Positions 1-8,306 of a DNA stretch of 20,000 nucleotides are shown here, in pieces; positions within the stretch are counted from its first letter, which is position 1; each line of letters opens with the position of its first letter. The notes beneath the pieces are model-generated. The model was not told the origin of the DNA, did not search any database, and was given only the letters and a program-made list of their open reading frames with translations. The stretch is from an uncultured virus (IMG/VR IMGVR_UViG_3300008108_000012). Taxonomy: Duplodnaviria > Heunggongvirae > Uroviricota > Caudoviricetes. A program made the translations under genes and the position numbers. Location of the stretch: the IMG/VR virus record IMGVR_UViG_3300008108_000012; one strand, given 5' to 3'.

Positions 1-1010
1 CCGTTGCTGCTGCTGTAAACGAAATTAACAACAGTGCTATTGCTGCACTGTACGTAACAGCCACAGACGAGGGCGAGACAGGAATTCCTGCCGTAATCCC
101 AGACACCGACTTTACTGGCGGAACAGCTGGTGGTTCAATTGCTGCTGCTGACGTTGTCGATGCAGTTGACCTCTTCACTGAGAATCTAGGACCTGGTTCC
201 GTTTGTGCTCCTGGGTACACTTCGCAAACAGTTCGCGAAGCATTGATAGCTCATGCTGCCGGAAACAGGAGAATCGCCCTTCTCGGATTTGACAAGGACG
301 ACTCAGTCAATGACGCGATTGGCGCACTCGAAGACTATTCCGACATCGAAAACGCAGAGTTTGCAGCATTCTTCTACCCATGGGTGAAGATACCAAGCGG
401 CACTCTCACCAAGACAATCCCTTGCGAGGGATATGTTGCGGCGAAGAGAGCATTGGTGCATAACACTTATGGTTCATGGAACCCATATGCTGGCGAGCGC
501 ACACAGTCAAACTTCGTTACTTCCCCTCATATCGTGTTGTCAAACTCGGAAGCAGAAGCTCTCGACGCAGGGTTTGTTAACGCAATCAAGGTAATCAACG
601 GTACGACACGAATCTACGGTGCTCGTTCGGCTTCGAACGACACAGACAACTTCAGATTCATTATCGCTCGTGAGGTTCTTAACCAGGTGGTCTACGAAGC
701 AGAAATCGCTCTAGAGGCTCTACTGTTTTTGCCAATCGACGGACGTCGTTCCACTTTCTCCAGAGTCGCAGCAACGCTTACTGGAATTATGGAAAGAATT
801 CGTATTGGCGGTGGCTTTTATGAAGCATTTGACGCCAACGGCAAGCAGATTGACCCTGGTTACACAGTCCAGGTCAACGATGCGATTAACCCGCTTACAC
901 AGTTGGCTACAGGAGTTATCAAGGCAAAAGTTGGCGCTCGCGTCAGTTCTGTGGGTGACCGCATAGAAGTCGAAATAACAAAGTCCAATTTAACTTCAAC
1001 ATTGGTATAA
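1..1010 (+). CDS. Contractile tail sheath protein, C-terminal part (5' truncated by window edge)
   Basis: The frame of ORF 243..1010 is open from base 3 (VAAAVNEINNSAIAALYVTATD...FTGG...LGPGSVCAPG...), so 243 is not the real start. It has sheath-type motifs AAFFYPWVKI, EAEALDAGFVNAIK, RIYGARS and FRFIIAREVLN, and lies directly before a tube gene. Confidence 0.92.
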   Translation, partial: VAAAVNEINNSAIAALYVTATDEGETGIPAVIPDTDFTGGTAGGSIAAADVVDAVDLFTENLGPGSVCAPGYTSQTVREALIAHAAGNRRIALLGFDKDDSVNDAIGALEDYSDIENAEFAAFFYPWVKIPSGTLTKTIPCEGYVAAKRALVHNTYGSWNPYAGERTQSNFVTSPHIVLSNSEAEALDAGFVNAIKVINGTTRIYGARSASNDTDNFRFIIAREVLNQVVYEAEIALEALLFLPIDGRRSTFSRVAATLTGIMERIRIGGGFYEAFDANGKQIDPGYTVQVNDAINPLTQLATGVIKAKVGARVSSVGDRIEVEITKSNLTSTLV

Positions 1011-1011
1011 C

Positions 1012-1016
1012 GGAGG
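1012..1016 (+). promoter_or_regulatory. Shine-Dalgarno (GGAGG) of tail tube gene
   Basis: GGAGG lies 8 nt upstream of ATG 1025. Confidence 0.8.
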
Positions 1017-1024
1017 AATAGCAA

Positions 1025-1471
1025 ATGACAACTTCAAAGTTGGCTCAGAGGCAAATTATTGCAGAAATCACACCACTCACTGGTGGTGATGTTACAGGGC
1101 CTACCCTGAGTGGATATTTTGCACAAGTTTCTGGTGGCGAGATTACAGCGTCAGTGGAAAAAATATACACAGGCGGAAATCCTTTCCCGGAGACGCTCTG
1201 CGCACCATCCGAGGTGGGTGACATCACACTGACAAAGCACTACGATTCTAGCCTCAGAACCGTATTGAAGGATGCGCGTACCAAAGTTGGCCGCGCATAC
1301 TACGAAATCAAGATTTACGACACCGACTGTGACCTCAAAAACTCTCAGTCAGAGCGCATTTACGCCAAGGCGCTCCTTGTCGGACTTTCCGAACCAGAGG
1401 GTGACGCATCATCTGGTGCGCCAGCAACATTCGCTCTTACATTCGCTATCTCGGGCGCTCCGACACAATAA
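1025..1471 (+). CDS. Tail tube protein (T4 gp19-like)
   Basis: 148 aa, follows the sheath gene. FAQVSGGEITASVEKIYTGG...GDITLTKHYD and the C-terminal DASSGAPATFALTF match the gp19/CIS tube pattern. Confidence 0.88.
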   Translation: MTTSKLAQRQIIAEITPLTGGDVTGPTLSGYFAQVSGGEITASVEKIYTGGNPFPETLCAPSEVGDITLTKHYDSSLRTVLKDARTKVGRAYYEIKIYDTDCDLKNSQSERIYAKALLVGLSEPEGDASSGAPATFALTFAISGAPTQ

Positions 1472-1482
1472 CTATTAACATC

Positions 1483-1510
1483 CACTAGCGCCACAGATAT
1501 GGTGCTAGTG
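1483..1510 (+). terminator. Intergenic stem-loop after tube gene (terminator/attenuator or mRNA stabiliser)
   Basis: CACTAGCGCCA-cagata-TGGTGCTAGTG forms an 11-bp stem with one G:U pair and a 6-nt loop. No U-tract follows. Confidence 0.55.
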
Positions 1511-1511
1511 T
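1503..1511 (+). promoter_or_regulatory. Putative extended -10 element (TGcTAGTGT) for a leaderless transcript
   Basis: TGn-TANNNT ends 7 nt before ATG 1519, and no well-spaced SD is present. Confidence 0.4.
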
Positions 1512-1518
1512 GACGTGC

Positions 1519-2031
1519 ATGAGCAATCTATACGAACCACTCGATGAAAACATTAGCGCCCCTTCGTTCGCTGATGAAGTAGACACAGACAATGTTCTTG
1601 AGCAACTCAAGGCTGTCGTGAGCAAGAAAGTCATGCGCCCTGAGATATTTATTAATGTCCCAGAACGCCCGGGCGTTCAACTTGTGATTAGCCCAAACAT
1701 CACGCAGCAGCAGCTAAAAGCATGGCAAAAAAACTCCGGCTCGGAAACCAAAAACGGTATTGACGCCACAAAGTTTGCTTGTCAAGTTATTGGCCACACG
1801 ACTCGCGGCATTTACCTCAATGGTGAAGAAGTGTTTGAGGATGGAAAGTCGCTCGGATTTGCCTCTCCTTCAATCCTCAAGATGACAGGCGCTGCACGAG
1901 CACTCCCTGACGCAGTGATGGCGTTTTTTGGTCTTGACCCGCACGTTGAAGCTGCCGCCTTGGCAATTATTGATGCCGCAGGATACGGCGACACGGTAGA
2001 ACAAACCGAAAACCCTACGAAACACTCCTAG
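1519..2031 (+). CDS. Tail assembly chaperone (lambda gpG equivalent)
   Basis: About 170 aa between tube and tape measure. It ends ...ENPTKHS* across a slippery heptamer. ATG 1519 is preferred over GTG 1510, which overlaps the last base of the hairpin. Confidence 0.8.
   Translation: MSNLYEPLDENISAPSFADEVDTDNVLEQLKAVVSKKVMRPEIFINVPERPGVQLVISPNITQQQLKAWQKNSGSETKNGIDATKFACQVIGHTTRGIYLNGEEVFEDGKSLGFASPSILKMTGAARALPDAVMAFFGLDPHVEAAALAIIDAAGYGDTVEQTENPTKHS
2010..2016 (+). other. -1 programmed ribosomal frameshift slippery site A-AAC-CCT
   Basis: X-XXY-YYZ heptamer in the correct phase, with four sense codons between it and the chaperone stop. The -1 frame is open from 1974 to 2207. Confidence 0.75.
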
Positions 2032-2207
2032 ATGAATTGACGGAGGACGGCCGAATAGCGACGGCCGCTCGTCTAGGGGAACTGTTCGGCACAGACCCAA
2101 TACAGTTGCTCAATTGCAGCGAACAGGAATGGATAATACGCGTCTCATGTGCTAAAGTTATTGAGGCGGACCGCGCCGCTGCCGAGCGTAAAGCTCAAGG
2201 ATATTGA
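2016..2207 (+). CDS. -1 frame extension of tail assembly chaperone (gpT equivalent; fusion about 229 aa)
   Basis: Manual translation: YETLLDELTEDGRIATAARLGELFGTDPIQLLNCSEQEWIIRVSCAKVIEADRAAAERKAQGY*. It fills the gap before the tape measure gene and has no ATG of its own. Confidence 0.78.
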   Translation, partial: YETLLDELTEDGRIATAARLGELFGTDPIQLLNCSEQEWIIRVSCAKVIEADRAAAERKAQGY

Positions 2208-2224
2208 GCATATTTGGGGTATAA

Positions 2225-5200
2225 GTGGCTGCTGACAGTCGTATAAATATTGTTCTCGACGTCGACACGAAGAACACGGAGCAGATTGAGGCAACAGCAG
2301 CTCGCCTCACCGCTCTTGGCCGTGCCCAAAGAACCCTTGCTAACGACACCCAGCGTTTAAACGCAAGAATGGGTGACCTCAACGCTCGCATGGGAGCCAT
2401 GACTGGGACTATGGCTCGCCTGAATGGAGCAAACCTAACTTTTATCAAACACGCTAGAAAAATAATGTATCTAGTTGTTGGTTTGGGTATTGAGTTTCTT
2501 GCTGTAACAGCAGCCTTAGTCAGCGTGAACGCAGCATTTGCTATAGGCAACGCCGCTATGAAAGTCTACAACTGGGGCATGCAGGGTCTTGCTGGGGCCG
2601 TGGCGGCGGCGGGCGCTGCAGCAATAACAGCAGCGGCAGCGTTCCAAGAGTTCAACGCTGCGGCATATTCTTTTAGGTACAAAGAATCAGCAGCTCTTGG
2701 GAGTGCATTATCTCAATCGGCTGATGCGCTGCGGATGCTTCAAGTGAATTCAACCCTTGCGTCCTACGGCATGACGACACTGAACCAAGCCTACGCAGCT
2801 TTTAGTAAAAACGCCAAACTTGACCCTCAGGCAGTTAAGCAGCTCCAGATGATGGCTGACTTTGGAACAGGACTCAATAGAGATAAGAGCATGGCTGCTG
2901 CCGCTGAATATATTTCTCTACTCAAAAAGAACAAAGGTTTTAGCGATGAGACTACTCAGTTAGCAAAACAAATAGGTCCTGAATTTGAAAAAGCAGCTAA
3001 AAAATATGGAAGCGCTTCTAGTCTCCTAAAAGCTTTAGAGTCAGGGAAGTTGGCTAAAGATGCTGGCGTTGAAGGTTTTGGCAAAACGATAAACCAAACC
3101 CTTATTGCACAGCTGAAGTCCTATCTAACCAGAGCGTTTGTTGAGCTTGCTGATGCGGGTAGGTATCTGCTTGAGCCAGTAAAAAAGACTTTTAATAGTA
3201 TTTTTCAAGGCCTTACCCGTTCTTTTAGAATGGTCCGCGGAGACATAATCAACTTTGGTCGCGGTGGACTACTTGGTTCTTTGGAAAAACTTTCGGAGAA
3301 AACTGAAGAATTTGCCATAAAACTATTTAGGGAATTCCTTCCAGCAGCAGCTGGATGGTGGAAACGCACTGGTGACTTTTTCGAAGCATTCGTAAATGAT
3401 TTTAAAGATGCTAGAGACATGTTGGAATCAATGCGCGACGGAGGCTCTGTTGTAATCAAAATGTTTGGCGAGCCACTTGTTCAAGTATTTAGGAGAATTG
3501 GCCAAAACGCCCAAGCTTTTGCTGACTTAGCAAAAAACAACAAAGAAGACTTTTTGGCATTTGGCGATGCCCTTAAGAATGTCGTTGACGGTTTCTTCGA
3601 CATCGGCAACGCTGTGAGAAGGGCTTTTACGACTGCCCTTCCAGTCATTACGCAGGTTGTTGATGCTATTGCTATTCTATTCAGGCAAATAGCGGGGGTT
3701 ATTGGTCTCATGGCCCAACTCGGCCCAATTGGTGGAACCATGGCCGTTGCCGCAATGACTCGCTATGCGCTTAAAGGTCGTCGCTCAGAAAGGTATGAGC
3801 GCCGTAACGCTGCTGCAATGGCGGCTGGTATGAGCACCGCGATATCCAACAGTCCGAACTTTTCAGCAGCATCTCCATACAAGCTTGCCGGTGCAATGGG
3901 CAATAGCGGCATGGGTGGTGCTGCTGGGATGGCGGGAGTAAACGCAGCTCAAGCAACAGTTAATGCCGGAACAGTCGTTGTAAACGGAAAGTTCCCCGGA
4001 GGAGGTGGCGGTGGCGGCGGCCGAGGCAGTAGGGGTGGAAGAAGTACTGGTGATAGGAGTTATGGTAGTAGTTCATTTGTTTCTACTGCTGGTGTAGCTG
4101 CAGGAAATCAATTCGGCGTCTCCACCGCTGGTGGAACAGTCCAGATGTTGCCAGTAGGGCCAAATGGTCAACTTGTACCTACGTTTGTTGCTAACTCCAT
4201 GCCTGCGCAGCGCAGGCTTTCCCCCGTCAGCCCGGGAGCCAAGGGTTACGTAACCCCATATGGCGGGCTTGAGGCAAGCGGTCCCCTTCAAAGAGACGCA
4301 AACGGAAATCTGGTAGTTACCAACGGCAGGGTTGGGGCAGGAACTAGAAGTACAGATGTGGGTCAGGCTCGCGGTGGAGCTAGAGCCGGACTGGGAATTG
4401 AGTACGGTAGAGGCGGTAATGCCAAAGTAGTAACTGCCGCACGCGCCGAAAGTGTTGAGAGAGGAAGAGCGCTAGCCGCACGGATAGGCGACTTTAATGC
4501 CCACCTTCAAAGGTTTGGAACACCTCACCCTGAAGACCCGAGAAGACCAGACCAAATAAATAAAGTCATGTCTCGTATGCATGGTCCATTCCTTGGTCAA
4601 GCGGGCGTTTCGCCTGGACAACCGATGGGAGGCACGAGTTTAGGCCAAACAATGAGGTCTAACTACTCGGCAAGATTTAAGGCTAGAGCCTTATTCGACG
4701 CTGCAAAAAATGCTTCTGGAAAAGTCATGGGAAGAATTGGACCCTTCCTTCCCGGCATAAACCCTGGAGCAGCATATGGATATGGTGTTCAACATGGTCC
4801 CCCGACACCGCCGGGGATATCTGGAGCAGTAGGTCCAGGAGGTGCTAGTGGAGCGCCGATGACTCGCATGAGGGCAATGGGTACAAACGCAATGAACTTT
4901 ATGTTCGGCCCCTCGCCTGCTGGTCAGCAAATGATTGGCAAGACACCAAAAACACGTTTGGGTGGATTTTTGACTGGCGCTGCAATGCGTACTAACGCTT
5001 TTCAAGTGCAAAATGCTAACGCTCAACTTAGGCAAATAGCTTCAAACTTAGGTCCTGGCGCAACACCCGGTGCCATCATGCAGGAAGCAATGAACCAGGG
5101 GATGGACCCAGACATGGCTCAGCGCGCTTTTAACAAGGGTAAGCCAATGGGCAAAGGCAAAGCTTTCATGAATGCCGCAAAAATGAAAACTTCCATGATG

Positions 5201-7372
5201 GGCGGAGGAATGCTGGCCTCCATAGGAACCGGAATGTTCCTTGAAAGCGGCATGGGTCAAAAAATGTTTGGCGACGAGTCGGCTCAAAAATGGATGAGCA
5301 CCGGCGCTATGTTGATGCCGTTCTCTCCTGCTTTGGGTCTTGGAGTGGGTTTAGCTGGTACGGCCCTAAATGCACGAACATATAAGGGTGGTATGGGTGC
5401 TGGTGCTGCTTCTGGCGCTGCAATTGGTGGAATGCTTGGCGGTCCAGTAGGCGCAGCTGTTGGTGCCGGCGTTGGTGCAGTCGTTGGGTTTTTCTCAGCC
5501 AAACGAAACAAAGACAAAATGGCCAGGAAAGCAGCGACTGCGATTGCGGATTCAAAACTCGTTGACGTAACCGTAAACACTCTTGCTGGCGCTTTAAAGA
5601 CCGGTACAGCGGCTGGCGGGCGTCAGACAGTAAAAGATTTTAGAAAATTTGTTACAGACTTTGAGAAAATGGACAAAGGTGCTCGTAGTACAGCTTTGGA
5701 CAACTTTGTTAAAGCTGGAATTATCTCTAAAGAAGACGCAAAACTTATGTCTAGCGGAGGAACTGGTAAGCAGGCAGTTAGTCGCCTAAAGAAAGAAGCG
5801 ACAGACATAGAGCAGGCTGTAACGCCAATGTTCGACCAATTTGACAACGCAATGAGCGGCTTGCAACTTGCTACAGGTATGTCGTCAGATGAAATCATGA
5901 AGCTAGCAGCCGAAATGAACGTCAACTTGTTTGACCCAACAATCAAGCTAACGGACTTGATTGGCAAACTCGGAGCCGGCATGGTGAAAACCGCTAAGCA
6001 GATAAATCAAGCCTTAAGAGACATCACTATTGAGTCGACAGACGTTTTGACAAAGTACTTGGAAAGTGAGGAAATGCAAGATGCCCTTAATTCTGCAAGA
6101 AGCAGAATTTTAGGCGGAGACGCATCGACCGAAGCATTCATTGATTACTACCAAAAATACATAGACCTCGAACAGTTAACGGGCGGAGAAGCTGGAGTTG
6201 GAGCATTTTTAGCAAGGTCAGAAAACTTCAAGACTGGAAACATATTTACTGGGGCCCTAGCTGGGGCAGCACAAGATGAAAAATTCAAGGGTCTCGTCGG
6301 AGAACAGTTGACTGAAGAGCGTTCTGGTATTTCAAAAGAATTTGCTACGAATATAGGAAGCCAGTTAGTCGCTAAAAACATAGGATTTAAAGATGCTGCA
6401 GCTGCTACTGAAATGCTTCAAACTGGTATCAGTAGCCTAATTACGAAAGCTGAATCTGGCGACACCAATGCCCAAACAAAACTGTTCCAGCTCGAAAAAG
6501 AAATAAAAGCTGGAACGCTATTTAAGGGTGTTGGAACACGAATTGGTGCGGCAAGAAGAATAGCTTCGTACACTGGCCAGACGGTTGAGACAGAAGGCAG
6601 ATACGGCGCTGTGCTAGGCGGAGAAAGTATGTCCAAACTAAAAACAGGACAAACAACCCAAGAAACCCTTGATGCGATGACTGCGGGCGCAAAAGAAATA
6701 TACAACCAGATGCTCGCAGCATTTACGGATGGGCTTTCAAGCATTTCTGGAGAACCTCAATGGTGGCAGAACGCTCCGCCCTGGTGGAATTCGGCTCCTA
6801 GCGGCATGGGAGGAGGAGCCCCAGCAGGAATGACTCCACCAGCCGGCCATCCCAACGCAGTATACAATGCTTCTGGACCTAGTGGTCCAGGTTGGTACAC
6901 CGGGAGACAAAGAAACATAAAAGTTGGTGACACATCTACCAGTAAGGCATTGCGCGCAACAATGGGTGCGCATTCACGGTTTAACGGAATGCTCCCAGGC
7001 AAGAGAATGATTACCTCTTCGTGGCGCGAATGGGGTCTAGGTTCTCCCAGTTCAGACCACGCAACAGGCAGAGCATATGACTTGACCGGAGACAACCTTG
7101 GTCAGTATTCCAAGTTCATCAATGACGCTGGTGGATTCGCTGAGTTCCATGGTGTCGGCGGAGAAAGACACCTACATGTTGTTCCACCGATTGGCCCGAT
7201 GGGTGACCGCACATCGCCAGTTTCGATGGGTGCATCTGGAGGCGCAAGCCCAACATATGGCGGGGACAGCTTTAACATAACTGTTGTAGAGTCTGGAAGC
7301 GCTAGAGAAACAGCAGATGAAGTTGTACAGAAGATTATTGCTCTACAGCGTCAGAATCGTAGGAGAATGTAA
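2225..7372 (+). CDS. Tape measure protein with C-terminal M15/DD-peptidase-like domain
   Basis: 1715 aa, Ala/Gly-rich and helical, with hydrophobic segments and a glycine zipper (GAAIGGMLGGPVGAAVGAGVG). Canonical position. The C-terminus has ITSSWR...SDHATGRAYD...HLH and a typical FNITV...ADEVVQKI end. Confidence 0.92.
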   Translation: MAADSRINIVLDVDTKNTEQIEATAARLTALGRAQRTLANDTQRLNARMGDLNARMGAMTGTMARLNGANLTFIKHARKIMYLVVGLGIEFLAVTAALVSVNAAFAIGNAAMKVYNWGMQGLAGAVAAAGAAAITAAAAFQEFNAAAYSFRYKESAALGSALSQSADALRMLQVNSTLASYGMTTLNQAYAAFSKNAKLDPQAVKQLQMMADFGTGLNRDKSMAAAAEYISLLKKNKGFSDETTQLAKQIGPEFEKAAKKYGSASSLLKALESGKLAKDAGVEGFGKTINQTLIAQLKSYLTRAFVELADAGRYLLEPVKKTFNSIFQGLTRSFRMVRGDIINFGRGGLLGSLEKLSEKTEEFAIKLFREFLPAAAGWWKRTGDFFEAFVNDFKDARDMLESMRDGGSVVIKMFGEPLVQVFRRIGQNAQAFADLAKNNKEDFLAFGDALKNVVDGFFDIGNAVRRAFTTALPVITQVVDAIAILFRQIAGVIGLMAQLGPIGGTMAVAAMTRYALKGRRSERYERRNAAAMAAGMSTAISNSPNFSAASPYKLAGAMGNSGMGGAAGMAGVNAAQATVNAGTVVVNGKFPGGGGGGGGRGSRGGRSTGDRSYGSSSFVSTAGVAAGNQFGVSTAGGTVQMLPVGPNGQLVPTFVANSMPAQRRLSPVSPGAKGYVTPYGGLEASGPLQRDANGNLVVTNGRVGAGTRSTDVGQARGGARAGLGIEYGRGGNAKVVTAARAESVERGRALAARIGDFNAHLQRFGTPHPEDPRRPDQINKVMSRMHGPFLGQAGVSPGQPMGGTSLGQTMRSNYSARFKARALFDAAKNASGKVMGRIGPFLPGINPGAAYGYGVQHGPPTPPGISGAVGPGGASGAPMTRMRAMGTNAMNFMFGPSPAGQQMIGKTPKTRLGGFLTGAAMRTNAFQVQNANAQLRQIASNLGPGATPGAIMQEAMNQGMDPDMAQRAFNKGKPMGKGKAFMNAAKMKTSMMGGGMLASIGTGMFLESGMGQKMFGDESAQKWMSTGAMLMPFSPALGLGVGLAGTALNARTYKGGMGAGAASGAAIGGMLGGPVGAAVGAGVGAVVGFFSAKRNKDKMARKAATAIADSKLVDVTVNTLAGALKTGTAAGGRQTVKDFRKFVTDFEKMDKGARSTALDNFVKAGIISKEDAKLMSSGGTGKQAVSRLKKEATDIEQAVTPMFDQFDNAMSGLQLATGMSSDEIMKLAAEMNVNLFDPTIKLTDLIGKLGAGMVKTAKQINQALRDITIESTDVLTKYLESEEMQDALNSARSRILGGDASTEAFIDYYQKYIDLEQLTGGEAGVGAFLARSENFKTGNIFTGALAGAAQDEKFKGLVGEQLTEERSGISKEFATNIGSQLVAKNIGFKDAAAATEMLQTGISSLITKAESGDTNAQTKLFQLEKEIKAGTLFKGVGTRIGAARRIASYTGQTVETEGRYGAVLGGESMSKLKTGQTTQETLDAMTAGAKEIYNQMLAAFTDGLSSISGEPQWWQNAPPWWNSAPSGMGGGAPAGMTPPAGHPNAVYNASGPSGPGWYTGRQRNIKVGDTSTSKALRATMGAHSRFNGMLPGKRMITSSWREWGLGSPSSDHATGRAYDLTGDNLGQYSKFINDAGGFAEFHGVGGERHLHVVPPIGPMGDRTSPVSMGASGGASPTYGGDSFNITVVESGSARETADEVVQKIIALQRQNRRRM

Positions 7373-8295
7373 TGCCAAGAGGAATAAGCATCACTGGGCG
7401 CGAGTACAACATTGACAGTAATAATCCCAGCCCAATTTTAGATAATAGTTCCAAACAATGGACATTCCAGGCTACGCAAGACAGGGTTATGTACACCATT
7501 TCGGGAACAAAATTGTCATACACTTTTCAAGCTCCTCCTACGCAGTTTCAGCTAGAAGGATTTGGAGCAGATATTAGTGAGCTTAAGCGCCCATACTCAA
7601 TACCAATCCCAGATATAAATGGTGGAAAACTAAGGCGCTTATCTTTTGAGTTCGCTCTTGTCAAAAAAGTAACAGCATCAACAACCATTGTTCGTAGACC
7701 AACGCGATTCAACTTACGTGAAACTACGGATGAGTACCTGAGCGACAACAGGGCAAATCCAACACTTCGGCAACCCGAATTTACTACAACAAATTCTAAT
7801 TTCTCTTACTATGACGGTTTCAGTAATCCTATTGAAGACCAAATATTACGTTTGCAGACAATAGCTGACCTTGGCATACCAGTTGCGTTTGAAAACATGT
7901 CACCTAGCATTCAGTTAAATTCTTGGTATATCGACGACATGAAATTCACACTGACTCGCGACGACGCTACCGGTAAGGCCGTTGCGGGAACATGCTCGAT
8001 ATCCTGCATTGAGTACAAAAACCTCAGACAACGGTTTATTCTTCTTCCAAGGTTCAGGTATGGTGTGCCAGACAAATTGAACAAGACCGACAGAAGAACA
8101 GGAGGAGGGGGTTCTGGGGGTAGAGCTAGCCTTGAAGTTCTTAGGGGTCTATTGCAGCAAAAAATTAGGGCGAACTTAGCAAACGGCATACCTGGCTATC
8201 CATACTCTGTGGCAACATTGCGTAGACAGCTGGGTACTCCGTCTTATATAGATATTCCGGACTGGTTAATTAAAGAGCTACAGCCGCCTAGATAG
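7372..8295 (+). CDS. Putative tail tube initiator / baseplate protein (P2 gpU / CIS tube-initiator-like)
   Basis: TAATG coupling to the tape measure gene. Motifs YTFQAPPTQF...ELKRP...RRLSFEF and WYIDDMKFT...CSISCIEY resemble tube-fold initiators. Confidence 0.6.
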   Translation: MPRGISITGREYNIDSNNPSPILDNSSKQWTFQATQDRVMYTISGTKLSYTFQAPPTQFQLEGFGADISELKRPYSIPIPDINGGKLRRLSFEFALVKKVTASTTIVRRPTRFNLRETTDEYLSDNRANPTLRQPEFTTTNSNFSYYDGFSNPIEDQILRLQTIADLGIPVAFENMSPSIQLNSWYIDDMKFTLTRDDATGKAVAGTCSISCIEYKNLRQRFILLPRFRYGVPDKLNKTDRRTGGGGSGGRASLEVLRGLLQQKIRANLANGIPGYPYSVATLRRQLGTPSYIDIPDWLIKELQPPR

Positions 8296-8306
8296 GCAGG
8301 AGTTAC

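Noticed and set aside
2029..2040. TAG readthrough or stop-codon reassignment as the chaperone extension mechanism
   Set aside because: Readthrough adds only ATG AAT before TGA. The long genes have no internal stops, so the standard code fits.
2193..2209. GCTCAA/TTGAGC hairpin over the frameshift-product stop codon
   Set aside because: Only a 6-bp stem with no real U-tract, too weak to call a terminator.
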